A stretch of 64,000 bases of DNA from Terriglobia bacterium (GTDB lineage: Bacteria > Acidobacteriota > Terriglobia > 20CM-2-55-15). A model generated the notes under the pieces. That model was not told the origin of the DNA. It worked only from the letters and a program-made list of their open reading frames with translations, and did no database searches. Shown piece after piece: positions 18,390 to 27,850 of this stretch (position 1 is the stretch's first letter; every line of letters begins with the position of its first letter). A program made the position numbers and the translations under genes. The stretch covers positions 896,001 through 960,000 of the forward strand of contig CBDAOY010000007.1 of assembly GCA_965198225.1 (NCBI GenBank), in the 5' to 3' direction.

Positions 18390-20030
18390 ATGAGCAATGT
18401 CTTGAGCACAGAAAAGAGAGAGCAAGTTGTTGCATTGGGGCGGCTTGGATGGCCGCTGCGTCGGATCGAACAGACCACCGGCGTGCGTCGTGAGACGGCC
18501 AGTGCGTATCTGAGAGCGGCCGGAATCCCCATTCGGCCGCCCGGGAGTTGGGGCCGGCGACCGGCAAAACCGGCCAACGAGGTGACCACCGACCCGGACG
18601 GCGTAAATGGTGTCGTTGAGGGGTTTGGCGGTTCCGATACTTCAAAACCGGCCAACGAAGTGACCACCGACCCGGAGGCCGAGAATCCGGTCTCGGCAGA
18701 GTCGTCGGCTCCCCCTCCAAGCCCACCGTCGGGCAGTTCCTGCGAGCCGTACCGGGAGACCATCCAACAGGCGCTGGAGCGTGGCCGCAACGCGATGGCG
18801 ATCTGGCAGGACCTGGTCACGGATCACGGTTTTGTCGGCAGCTACGAATCGGTCAAGCGTTTCGTTCGCAAACTCCGGGGAGTGCGATCCCCGGAAGCGG
18901 TCGGAATCATCCAGACCGGAGCTGGAGAGGAAGCGCAGGTCGACTACGGGACCGGACCGATGGTCCGGGATCCGAAGACGGGCAAGTACCGACGGACGCG
19001 GCTGTTCGTGATGACGTTGGGCTACAGCCGCAAATCGGTCCGGCTGCTGACGTTCAAGTCCAGTTCCCGCATCTGGGCCCAGTTGCACGAGACCGCGTTC
19101 CGCCGACTCGGCGGCACTCCCCGCCTCATCGTGCTGGATAACCTGCGCGAAGGCGTGATCGTCCCGGACCATTACGACCCCACCCTGAATCCGTTGTTTC
19201 GAGATGTCCTGACCCATTACGGCGTGGTGGCCATGCCATGCCGGGTGCGCGATCCAGACCGCAAAGGCAAAGTCGAATCCGGTGTCGGGCACGCCCAGAA
19301 GACCCCATTGAAGGGACAGCGCTTCGAGAGCCTCGACCAGGCCCAGGGGTATCTGGATCGCTGGGAAGTCCGATGGGCCGACACCCGCATCCACGGCACG
19401 ACCAAGCGGCAGGTGGCGGCCATGTTCGCCGAAGAGAAACCATCTCTTAAGCCGCTGCCGATCGAACCGTTTCGCTATTACCAATTCGGTGAACGTGTCG
19501 TCCATCTCGACGGTTGCGTCGAAGTCGAAGCCGCCTATTACAGTGTACCGCCGGGCTGGATCGGACGGGGTGTCAAGGTCCAGTGGGACACGCTTCACGT
19601 CCGGATCCTGGACCCAAACACCTATCCACTCCTCCGCGAGCATGTCCGCCAGAAGCGGGGTGGATACCGTGTCCGTGCTGAAGACAACCCGAAGAAAACC
19701 CCGTTAACGACGGTGCAACTGCTGGCCCGAGCCCGCCGCGCTGGCACCCACATCGGCACACTCTGTGACGCCATTCACCGCCGACAAGGGGAAGCTGCGG
19801 TCCGCCGCATCCTGGGTGTGCTCTCCCTGGCCAAGAAGTACGGTGTCTCCGCCGTGGAGGATGCTTCGGCTGCGGCACTGGAACTCCACGTCTACGAGTA
19901 TCGTTTCGTCCGCCGCTATCTGGAGCGGCGACCTCCACTCGCCCTGCGTCAGGTCGATCCTCTCATTCGCGAACTGACTCAGTATCGCGATCTCATCAAC
20001 CTCAAAATCCAGGAGCAGGAACACTCATGA
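18390..20030 (+). CDS. istA: IS21 transposase
   Basis: EAQVDYG, VLDNLRE and PDRKGKVE motifs. Confidence 0.93.
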   Translation: MSNVLSTEKREQVVALGRLGWPLRRIEQTTGVRRETASAYLRAAGIPIRPPGSWGRRPAKPANEVTTDPDGVNGVVEGFGGSDTSKPANEVTTDPEAENPVSAESSAPPPSPPSGSSCEPYRETIQQALERGRNAMAIWQDLVTDHGFVGSYESVKRFVRKLRGVRSPEAVGIIQTGAGEEAQVDYGTGPMVRDPKTGKYRRTRLFVMTLGYSRKSVRLLTFKSSSRIWAQLHETAFRRLGGTPRLIVLDNLREGVIVPDHYDPTLNPLFRDVLTHYGVVAMPCRVRDPDRKGKVESGVGHAQKTPLKGQRFESLDQAQGYLDRWEVRWADTRIHGTTKRQVAAMFAEEKPSLKPLPIEPFRYYQFGERVVHLDGCVEVEAAYYSVPPGWIGRGVKVQWDTLHVRILDPNTYPLLREHVRQKRGGYRVRAEDNPKKTPLTTVQLLARARRAGTHIGTLCDAIHRRQGEAAVRRILGVLSLAKKYGVSAVEDASAAALELHVYEYRFVRRYLERRPPLALRQVDPLIRELTQYRDLINLKIQEQEHS

Positions 20031-20782
20031 ATCTGATCGAACTCCAGCGGGCTCTCCGACAACTCCGGCTCGGCGGCATTGCCGAGGTGTTGGAAACACG
20101 CCTCCACCAGGCCCAGACCGAAGCCATGGCGCCGATCGACTTGGTCTCTCGTCTGGTCTCGGATGAACTGGACCGTCGCAGCATCCGGTTGTTGGAACGG
20201 CGTCGGAAACAGGCCCGGTTCCGCGATCCCCAGAAGACGCTCGACTCCTTCGACTTTACTTTCAACAAGAAGATGAATCGTAGTCTGGTCTTCGACCTGG
20301 CGACGGGCGCCTTCATCTCCAGGCACGACGATGCCTTGTTTCTCGGTCCTCCTGGCACCGGCAAGAGTCATCTGGCTCAGGCCATCGGCTTGGCTGCGAT
20401 TGAGCAGGGCTATCGGGTCGTCTACCGTGAAACTCATGCGCTTCTCGACGACATCGCCGAAGCCACCATTGACGGTACCCGAAAGGAGTGCATGGAAGCT
20501 TTGGCGACGGTCCCGCTGCTGATCATCGACGATCTGGGGATGCGGAAGCTTCCTCCCACTGCAGCAGAGGAACTCCTCGAGATCGTGATGCGACGCTATG
20601 AACGGACCAGTACGTTACTGACATCGAATCGACCCGTCCAAGACTGGGGAAAACTACTGGGTGATAGCGCCGCCGTCACAGCCATGCTGGACCGGCTGCT
20701 CCATCACGGCCACATCCTCAAATGCGGCCCTCGGAGTTGGAGGACTAAAACGGGCTTGCCGAGTCCAGTCCCAAAGAGGTAG
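20027..20782 (+). CDS. istB: IS21 helper ATPase
   Basis: GPPGTGKS, LIIDDLG and LDRLLHHG motifs. Confidence 0.95.
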   Translation: MNLIELQRALRQLRLGGIAEVLETRLHQAQTEAMAPIDLVSRLVSDELDRRSIRLLERRRKQARFRDPQKTLDSFDFTFNKKMNRSLVFDLATGAFISRHDDALFLGPPGTGKSHLAQAIGLAAIEQGYRVVYRETHALLDDIAEATIDGTRKECMEALATVPLLIIDDLGMRKLPPTAAEELLEIVMRRYERTSTLLTSNRPVQDWGKLLGDSAAVTAMLDRLLHHGHILKCGPRSWRTKTGLPSPVPKR

Positions 20783-20838
20783 AACAACACCGTCCCGGGC
20801 CATCCCCGTTGGCCGGTTTTGAAGTGACCACTGAGGTA

Positions 20839-21169
20839 CGTTGCCCAGTGGATGGAATTCCGGCCGGTTGTTGGCCGTGACCGTAAGTTTGGGCGGCATC
20901 TTGCCGTACCGGAGGGGAAGCCATGCGGGTGTCTGGCATTCGATCCGGTAGGTAACGGGAGAAGTCACACGCAGTCGGCAGTCCTGCATGCGCATGATCG
21001 ATTGGACGCGGGCATAGTGTAGTTCGGAGCGGATCTGATACGCAGCGGACTGCAAAAGCCAGTGCTGCCGGGCTTCAACGAGTGAGGGGACGGCGATCAT
21101 GGTGAGGGAACTGATGATCGCAACGACAACGCAGGCTTCCAGAAGGCTGGTGCCTCGGGATGAAGACAT
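20839..21169 (-). pseudogene. GspH/FimT-like pseudopilin, 3'-truncated by IS21
   Basis: Prepilin-like RG/TSLLEACVVVAII plus hydrophobic helix and ELHYARVQSI. Cut at FHPLGNV. Confidence 0.7.
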
Positions 21170-21347
21170 AAACCCTTCCTGTGTGTTCTAGAAAGGGCAC
21201 CTTCAATGTTAGTAGTTAGCGCAATTGTCCGATACAGAAATCTGTCTGCGAGAGAACCAACGTGAGGGGGACAGGGGTATAGCCCTGTCCCCCGGTGGTT
21301 GGTAAGCAATAAAATTCGGAGACGCTGGCTGTCGAGTTGGTGCGGAC

Positions 21348-21404
21348 GAAGAATGTGCGGTCATAGACCGCCCGAAGAATGTGCGGTCATAGACCGCACC
21401 TACA
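21348..21404 (-). repeat. Two tandem GTAG-type REP palindromes
   Basis: GTGCGGTC-ATA-GACCGCAC-CTAC; the first copy is partial. Confidence 0.85.
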
Positions 21405-21538
21405 CCTTGTTTCCTGCGATGGTAGAGGCCTTTTGATAGAATATAGGCGTTCTTTCCGCGTCTTCTGCGCCTGCGCGGGAAACACCCTTTCCTGTGTTTT
21501 CTGTGTCTAGCTGTCTGAAAGCGGACTGACGGGAGCCC

Positions 21539-23926
21539 TTGTTGTCCAGGGAGTCAAAGCAGTACCTCAAGGTGGCGGCGACCAGCGCGGCCGTGGCGTT
21601 GTTCGTCCTGCTTCTGTCCTGGCAGAGCTACTTCAACCAGATCAACGACGCCGCTTACGACTTCACGCTTCGTGTTTCGGGACAGATCGAGCCGTCCAGC
21701 CCCGCGCACATCGTTGCGATCGATGAGGAAAGCCTCGACCGGTTCGGAGCCTGGCCCTGGCCCCGAGACGTTCTGGCACGACTGATCGACCGGATCGCCG
21801 AGGTTGAACCGCGCGTGATCGGGATAGACCTGGTCCTGGAGGATCCAAGGGACGAACTTGGCGACTTTCTGCTGGCGCGTTCGGTCAAGGGCGCCGGCAG
21901 GGTCGTGTTGGCGACGCGGGTCGACGATTCCACCGGCGATCCACGCTGGCAGCAACCGTTCCCGGCCCTGGCCGGACCGGATGTCCGCCTCGGCCACGTC
22001 CACGCCGACCCGGACCTGGACGGCGTCATCCGGCGCATTGTCTCCGCCAAGGAAGCGGGAGGCGAAGTCTACTCGGCGCTGGCCGTGGAGGTGCTTCGTG
22101 CTTCGGGAGATCTGCCAGAGGGTTTCGAGCATCAGGTTGGCTCCAGCGTTCGGATCGTCCCCGAACCGATTCTCATTCGCTTCTCCGGAGACCGACAGAC
22201 GTTTCCTCACGTGCCTGCCTGGGAGGTTCTGGAGGGGCGCTCCTCGGCCTCGGCGCTGACCGGAGGCATCGTACTGGTCGGTTCCACCGCGGAGGGTCTG
22301 GGCGATGACTGGATGACGCCGTTCTCGGCTGCGGGCCGCCGCATGAGCGGGATTGAAGTCCACGCAAATCTATTAGAAACAATATTTTCAGAACGCCGAA
22401 TTCAGGTTGTGCCTGATGTGTTGGTGTTCTTCGCCCTGGCGCTGCTCGTCGCAGGTCTCTGGTGGATGGATGAGCGGTACGAGGGCAGACGCTTCTACGC
22501 GGCAGCCCTGGCGGTGGTTCCCCTGACCCTCGGTCTGTCGTGGCTGCTCATGAGCGCGTTCACACTCTGGCTGCCGTTTCCAACGTTCCTTGTCGCGCTC
22601 GTGCTGGTCGTTCCGGGGTTGGAAGTCGGCAAAATGGTCCGGGTCAACCGGGACCTGGACGAGAAGATCGGGCGCCTTTCCTCCTGGGCCGCCGAAGAGC
22701 CGATTCCCGCCGATGCTGCTCCTGATCTCCGGGCGCAGTTGCTGGAGCAAGTCGAGGCCGGCGAAGTGCGAGACCGCTGGCTGGCGCTGCTCGAAGCCGC
22801 CGAACAGGAAGGACGGGCCCGCCGAAGCCGGCGCCAGAGACTGCTGGACATCGTCCGGCGGGATTCGCGCTGGAAGCTGGACGCGGTGGATTTCTTCAAC
22901 GAACAACTCTACCGCTTCCTCTCTTTTAACAACGCCATCCTCGGCGCCATCGACGACGTCATCATTGTTTCAGACCCGCTCGGGCGGGTGGTCTACCAGA
23001 ACCCGGCGGCAGAGCGACTCCCGGGCTACTCACAGGCACCTCCGGCGGCCTGGGAGTATCTTCCTGGATTGCTGGACGGCCGTCGGTTGATCCACGATTT
23101 CGCGGCCGTGTTCGCGGGAGGCGAGCCCCGTCGTCTGGAGTTCATTAGATCGAACGACGGGAGCCGGTTCTACACGATGGTGCTTTCTCCCATCGTCGAC
23201 ATCGGAATCGTGGCCAGCCTCCACGACGTGACTGCGCAGCACGAACTGAATCAGGCGAAGAACGACATGGTGTCGCTGGTTTCGCATGAGCTCCGCACCC
23301 CCCTGACCTCGATCCAGGGCTACAGCGAGATGCTCGTGAAATACGGGCTGGTAGAAGAAAAGGGATCCGAGTTCCTGGGGTCGATCATCGGCGAGAGCCG
23401 CCGCTTGAACGAGCTCATCCAGTCCTTTCTCGACATTGCATACATCGAGTCGGGACGGCAGAAGCTCAACCTCGGCGAGTTTGCCATCCAACCCATGCTC
23501 GACGACCTGCTGCGAATCCACGATCCGGTCGCGCGAGCCAAGGGAATAGGGGTCGAGGCCACCGCAGCTGACGATAAAGGGCTCGTGCGGGCCGACCGGA
23601 TGCTACTGTATCAGGCGCTGGCGAATCTGGTGTCGAACGCCATCAAGTACAGCCCGGCAGGGACGTCGATCCGGATCACAGGTTCGAACGGAGACGGACG
23701 CGCCCGGTTCCTTGTCGAAGATGAGGGCTATGGAATTCCCTCCGAAGAGGCTGCCCGAATCTTCGAAAAGTTTTACCGACGAGGCAACAAGGAAACGCGG
23801 GACGAATCCGGGTTCGGGCTCGGTCTGGCTTTCGTCCGCGAAGTCGCCGTCCGGCATGGCGGCGATGTGACGGTGGAGAGCGAGCCCGGAAAGGGCTCCG
23901 TGTTCTCCCTGTGGATCCCGAATTAG
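21539..23926 (+). CDS. CHASE2-domain sensor histidine kinase with PAS-like domain
   Basis: IVAIDEESL...WPWPR, DLDGVIRR and GIEVHA (CHASE2), TM helices, SHELRTPL, NLVSNAIKYS and GFGLGL. Confidence 0.93.
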   Translation: MLSRESKQYLKVAATSAAVALFVLLLSWQSYFNQINDAAYDFTLRVSGQIEPSSPAHIVAIDEESLDRFGAWPWPRDVLARLIDRIAEVEPRVIGIDLVLEDPRDELGDFLLARSVKGAGRVVLATRVDDSTGDPRWQQPFPALAGPDVRLGHVHADPDLDGVIRRIVSAKEAGGEVYSALAVEVLRASGDLPEGFEHQVGSSVRIVPEPILIRFSGDRQTFPHVPAWEVLEGRSSASALTGGIVLVGSTAEGLGDDWMTPFSAAGRRMSGIEVHANLLETIFSERRIQVVPDVLVFFALALLVAGLWWMDERYEGRRFYAAALAVVPLTLGLSWLLMSAFTLWLPFPTFLVALVLVVPGLEVGKMVRVNRDLDEKIGRLSSWAAEEPIPADAAPDLRAQLLEQVEAGEVRDRWLALLEAAEQEGRARRSRRQRLLDIVRRDSRWKLDAVDFFNEQLYRFLSFNNAILGAIDDVIIVSDPLGRVVYQNPAAERLPGYSQAPPAAWEYLPGLLDGRRLIHDFAAVFAGGEPRRLEFIRSNDGSRFYTMVLSPIVDIGIVASLHDVTAQHELNQAKNDMVSLVSHELRTPLTSIQGYSEMLVKYGLVEEKGSEFLGSIIGESRRLNELIQSFLDIAYIESGRQKLNLGEFAIQPMLDDLLRIHDPVARAKGIGVEATAADDKGLVRADRMLLYQALANLVSNAIKYSPAGTSIRITGSNGDGRARFLVEDEGYGIPSEEAARIFEKFYRRGNKETRDESGFGLGLAFVREVAVRHGGDVTVESEPGKGSVFSLWIPN

Positions 23927-23931
23927 GAGGG

Positions 23932-23957
23932 ATGTGCGGTCATAGACCGCACCTACA
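23932..23957 (-). repeat. GTAG-type REP
   Basis: ATGTGCGGTCATAGACCGCACCTACA between the kinase and the regulator. Confidence 0.85.
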
Positions 23958-23963
23958 CCTGGT

Positions 23964-25343
23964 GTGAGTGTGAGCAAAGCGAAACAGCAGGAGTCGTTCG
24001 GTCCGAAGCCCAGCATCCTCATCGTCGATGACGATAAGTCGATCTGCAAGATGATCGCCTCGTTGCTCGACATGGAGGGGTACCCCCATCGGATCGTCAC
24101 CCGAGGCGAGGAAGCGCTCGAGGCCATCCGCGACGAAGCCTACCGCATCGTCGTCAGCGACATCTACATGGGGGATGTGTCCGGTCTCGACGTTCTCGAA
24201 ACGGTTCGACAGACATGTCCGGAATCGGAAGTCGTCATCATGACGGCCCACGGTTCGGTCGAGACTGCGGTTCAGGCGGTCCGAAACGGCGCCTTCGACT
24301 ACATCAGTAAGCCTTTCGCTGTCGAAGAGATTCTGGGCACCATCCACAGGATCGAGGAGAAGGAGCGTCTGCTCGAGACCTCCATCGTCGGCTCTGAACT
24401 GGCAGAGTCTCTACCGAATACTGACATCGTCGGGACGAGTCCGCAGATGGTGGACATTTACAAGAAGGTTGCGCGGGTTGCGTCGATCGACGCGCCGGTG
24501 CTCATTTTCGGGGAGAGCGGAGCAGGGAAGGAGCTGATCGCCCGTGCGCTCCATCTGCATAGCAAGCGTGCCGCGGCTCCTTTTGTCGTCATCAACTGTG
24601 GTGCACTGACCGAAACCCTGCTCGAGAGCGAACTGTTCGGGCACGAACGGGGATCCTTCACCGGGGCAGTTGGAACCCGGAAGGGTCTGTTCGAAAGCGC
24701 TGCCGGAGGCACCGTCCTGCTGGACGAAATCTCCGAGACGTCGCTGGGGTTTCAGGTCAAATTGCTGCGGGTCATCCAGGAACACGAGATCCGCCGCGTC
24801 GGCTCCAACGACACGATCGGCGTCGACATCCGCGCCGTGGCAGCCACGAACCGGGATCTGCGGGAAATGGTCCGTGGCGGTCAGTTCCGCGAGGACCTGT
24901 TTCACCGGCTGAACGTCTTCACGATCGCCGTCCCGCCAATGAGAGACCGGCCCGAGGACATACCGATGCTGACCAGTTACTACCTGAAGCAGTACAACGA
25001 TCAGTACGGCAGGTCGGTTCGGTTGATGCCCGAAGCGCTGGAAGCCCTCAGAGGCTACGACTGGCCGGGCAATGTTCGGGAACTGAAGAATGTAGTTGAA
25101 CGTGCTCTGACGTTCTGCGAAAACGGTGTGATACGGCAATCGGATCTCGAATTGGGAGAAGACCCCGCCGAGCCGGAAAGTCCGTCGGGCGGGTCGCTGG
25201 AAGAGATGGAGCGGGACCACATCGTCCGGACCCTGCGGGAAACCGGTGGAAACAAGAAAAAAGCGGCCGAGATCCTCGGGATCGAGCGCCGGACGCTCTA
25301 CAACAAGGCGAAACGCTTAGGCATTGATTTAAGAGGTGTTTAG
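23964..25343 (+). CDS. Sigma54-dependent response regulator (NtrC/AtoC family)
   Basis: Receiver domain, GESGAGKE, ESELFGHERGSFTGA, WPGNVREL and C-terminal Fis-type HTH. Confidence 0.95.
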   Translation: MSVSKAKQQESFGPKPSILIVDDDKSICKMIASLLDMEGYPHRIVTRGEEALEAIRDEAYRIVVSDIYMGDVSGLDVLETVRQTCPESEVVIMTAHGSVETAVQAVRNGAFDYISKPFAVEEILGTIHRIEEKERLLETSIVGSELAESLPNTDIVGTSPQMVDIYKKVARVASIDAPVLIFGESGAGKELIARALHLHSKRAAAPFVVINCGALTETLLESELFGHERGSFTGAVGTRKGLFESAAGGTVLLDEISETSLGFQVKLLRVIQEHEIRRVGSNDTIGVDIRAVAATNRDLREMVRGGQFREDLFHRLNVFTIAVPPMRDRPEDIPMLTSYYLKQYNDQYGRSVRLMPEALEALRGYDWPGNVRELKNVVERALTFCENGVIRQSDLELGEDPAEPESPSGGSLEEMERDHIVRTLRETGGNKKKAAEILGIERRTLYNKAKRLGIDLRGV

Positions 25344-25413
25344 GGTTAAGATCCGCGGGGTAGGGGCAGTGTGCCCCGAAGACGGTTTTCCACCTCCCTG
25401 GGGGTGGTGAACG

Positions 25414-26013
25414 ATGAAGAAGAGAAGCGCCATCTCGGTCGGGACTTTGACCCTTTTGCTGGGCCTGTCCGTGGCTGTATTTGCTGCGGATGACCTTCAG
25501 GAATTCGACCAGCGCATCCTGCGCGTGGTTGAACGACTGGACACGGACGTCGCGACGGATCGCGGCTTGGCTCCGGTTTTTGCCGAGTTGATGCGCAACG
25601 AGTACGGTACGTCGCAGGCGGAACTGCGGTGGGCCCTTGAGCAGGAGATTTCCTGGGGCCGAATCGCGATTCTTGCCTACGTTCAGGCGACCACGGGGCG
25701 CTCGTTCCAAACGCTGGCGTCGGATGGCGCCGATGTCGATGTAGCCGGGTTTGTGGCGACGGCGGAAATGAGTCCGGACAAGATGATCGGCTCTCTCGAG
25801 GGCTTCCTGAAGCTCGCCGAGCGGGAGCGCAACTCGATGATCTTCGACAGACTCCGAACTGCTCGCCGCATTCAGGTGCTGCCCGACCTGGGGAGCGGGT
25901 TCGGCCTATTCCAGGAGGCCCTGGATTTCCGGCGGCTCGAGCCTCCTCGGCCCACCAAGATTCACGGTGGGACGACCGGTCTGGCAAAGGGTGGGAACAG
26001 AGGAAACAAATGA
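25414..26013 (+). CDS. Exported hypothetical protein
   Basis: Signal peptide MKKRS...AVFA; overlaps the FecR gene start (ATGA). Confidence 0.7.
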   Translation: MKKRSAISVGTLTLLLGLSVAVFAADDLQEFDQRILRVVERLDTDVATDRGLAPVFAELMRNEYGTSQAELRWALEQEISWGRIAILAYVQATTGRSFQTLASDGADVDVAGFVATAEMSPDKMIGSLEGFLKLAERERNSMIFDRLRTARRIQVLPDLGSGFGLFQEALDFRRLEPPRPTKIHGGTTGLAKGGNRGNK

Positions 26014-26780
26014 GGAAATACTTATTCATAGTGGCTTTGGCTCTTGTGCCATCCGTGGCGCTGGCACAAGGCCCTGTTCAGGTCACATCGAGCCATGGAC
26101 CCGTCGAGTATGAGTTCGCCTCCGGCGCCAGGCTCCTTCCGGTCGATTCAAAGCTGCCGTCGCTGGACATCGGTGACAAGATCCGCACCGGCGCAGGTGC
26201 GCAACTGACGCTGGGCCTTCCAGACGGCTCCTACATAGTGGTCTCGGAGAACACGACGCTGGAAATCGAGAAGTTTTGGGGCTCGGAAGTCCGGAACCTG
26301 ATGAAGGTGATGCTGGGGCGAGTGCGTTTCTTCATCCAGCGTCTCGGTGGGCGGCCGAACCCATATCGGGTCAATACGCCCACGGCCCTGATCGCCGTTC
26401 GCGGGACGACATTCGAAGTGATAGCGGGCCCGCTTTCGACCGAAGTGCGCTGCTTTGATGGCCGTGTGACCGTCGAGACCGCCGGTATGGCGGACCGCGA
26501 GGTGATCCTGGATGCCGGTCGAAAGACGATGGTGGTTACGGGCGAGTATCCGATGAGACCGGTCCAGATGGATGACATTTTTGGCGGTTCCCGGGTGCTG
26601 CGAGTCGTCAGGACAGACGGCGAAGCGGTGCCGGTTCTCGGGACCCTTCCTTCGCTGGAGCGGGTTGCCCGGGACAACGACCGCCTCAATCGACAAATCG
26701 ACCCGCTGGCTAATCCAGCCGGAGGAGCAGCCCTCGGCCAGCAGATCCGGCGCGGCAAGCTGACTTTCCCTAAGAGATAG
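26010..26780 (+). CDS. FecR-domain exported protein
   Basis: GDKIRTG, LPDGS, VNTPTALIAVRGTTFEV and GRVTV motifs. Confidence 0.9.
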   Translation: MRKYLFIVALALVPSVALAQGPVQVTSSHGPVEYEFASGARLLPVDSKLPSLDIGDKIRTGAGAQLTLGLPDGSYIVVSENTTLEIEKFWGSEVRNLMKVMLGRVRFFIQRLGGRPNPYRVNTPTALIAVRGTTFEVIAGPLSTEVRCFDGRVTVETAGMADREVILDAGRKTMVVTGEYPMRPVQMDDIFGGSRVLRVVRTDGEAVPVLGTLPSLERVARDNDRLNRQIDPLANPAGGAALGQQIRRGKLTFPKR

Positions 26781-26804
26781 AACGCACAGTAGAAGACCTG
26801 TTAA

Positions 26805-26831
26805 AGAGGGTGCTCATCGAGCACCCTTTTC
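26805..26831 (+). terminator. Intrinsic terminator after the FecR operon
   Basis: AGGGTGCTC-ATC-GAGCACCCT followed by TTT. Confidence 0.65.
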
Positions 26832-26871
26832 TATTGGATAGACCTGCGACCATGACGGACATCCAGATCTC

Positions 26872-27726
26872 ATGAGTCTCAAACGGTATCTCGACGGTTT
26901 TCTCGATTCGTTCCCGAAGGAACGCCACGTCGAAATGGATCCGGTGCAGTTCGTCCACCGTTACTCGGATCCTGCGGACCGGGAAGTCGTCGGCTTCGTC
27001 GCTGCGGCGTTTTCCTACGGAAACGTGAAGAGCGTACTCCGGAGCGTCGAGCATGTGGTCGCGCGGTTGGGCGAACATCCGGCTCGGTTCATCGCCTCGT
27101 TCGATCCGCGGCGGGATGCCCGGGTGTTCCGGGGATTCTACCACCGGTGGAATACGGACAAGGATGTCGCGGTCCTGCTTTGGATCCTGGGTCGGATGAT
27201 CGGGCAGTATGGGTCGTTGGAGGCTGCCATCGCCGGCGGGTTCGACCCGCGAAACGGATCGGTCGAAGCGGCGCTCGAACGATTCTCTTTGCAGGCGCTC
27301 AGTTTCGGGCACGAGCAGTTTTATTCCGGTGCCGAGCGACGCCGCCGTCGGGGCGTGCTTTATTTCTTCCCGAAGGTTTCGGGCGGGAGTGCCTGCAAGC
27401 GCCTCAACCTGTTCATGCGATGGATGGTGCGACCTGAAGACGGGGTCGATTGTGGAGTCTGGGATCGCATTCGGCCCAGTTCTCTGGTGATCCCGCTCGA
27501 CACGCACATCAGCAGAATCTCTCAATACATCGGCCTGACCGAGATGCGGACGCCGGGGTGGAGGATGGCCGTCGACGTCACCGAGTCCCTGCGAAAGCTG
27601 GATCCGGCCGACCCGCTACGCTACGATTTTGCTCTCTGTCATCTGGGAATTGCCGGCGATTGCCCCCGCCGGAGGGACTTTGAAAAGTGTGTCCGATGCC
27701 CCATTCAGCAGGTTTGCCGACTCTAA
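26872..27726 (+). CDS. TIGR02757/DUF2400 family protein (HhH-GPD-like)
   Basis: DPVQFVHRY, SACKRLNLFMRWMVR, IPLDTH, DPLRYDFAL and a C-terminal Cys cluster. Confidence 0.9.
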   Translation: MSLKRYLDGFLDSFPKERHVEMDPVQFVHRYSDPADREVVGFVAAAFSYGNVKSVLRSVEHVVARLGEHPARFIASFDPRRDARVFRGFYHRWNTDKDVAVLLWILGRMIGQYGSLEAAIAGGFDPRNGSVEAALERFSLQALSFGHEQFYSGAERRRRRGVLYFFPKVSGGSACKRLNLFMRWMVRPEDGVDCGVWDRIRPSSLVIPLDTHISRISQYIGLTEMRTPGWRMAVDVTESLRKLDPADPLRYDFALCHLGIAGDCPRRRDFEKCVRCPIQQVCRL

Positions 27727-27850
27727 TCGGCTATCGCCTGAGAGTCCCTCAAAGAAAACCCCATTTTTATGTATTTTTTTCCTTGCAATAAGTTTGACCA
27801 AGAACAAGAATGCCCCAAGTCGCGGTTAACCCAAGGAAGGGAGACGAGAC

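Larger units (their letters stand above)
18275..20838 (+). mobile_element. IS21 family element no. 2
   Basis: Ends CCTCGGCGGTCACCCAAAACCGGCCA / TGGCCGGTTTTGAAGTGACCACTGAGG, internal AAAACCGGCCAA repeats, and istA+istB. Exact ends uncertain by a few bp. Confidence 0.9.
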
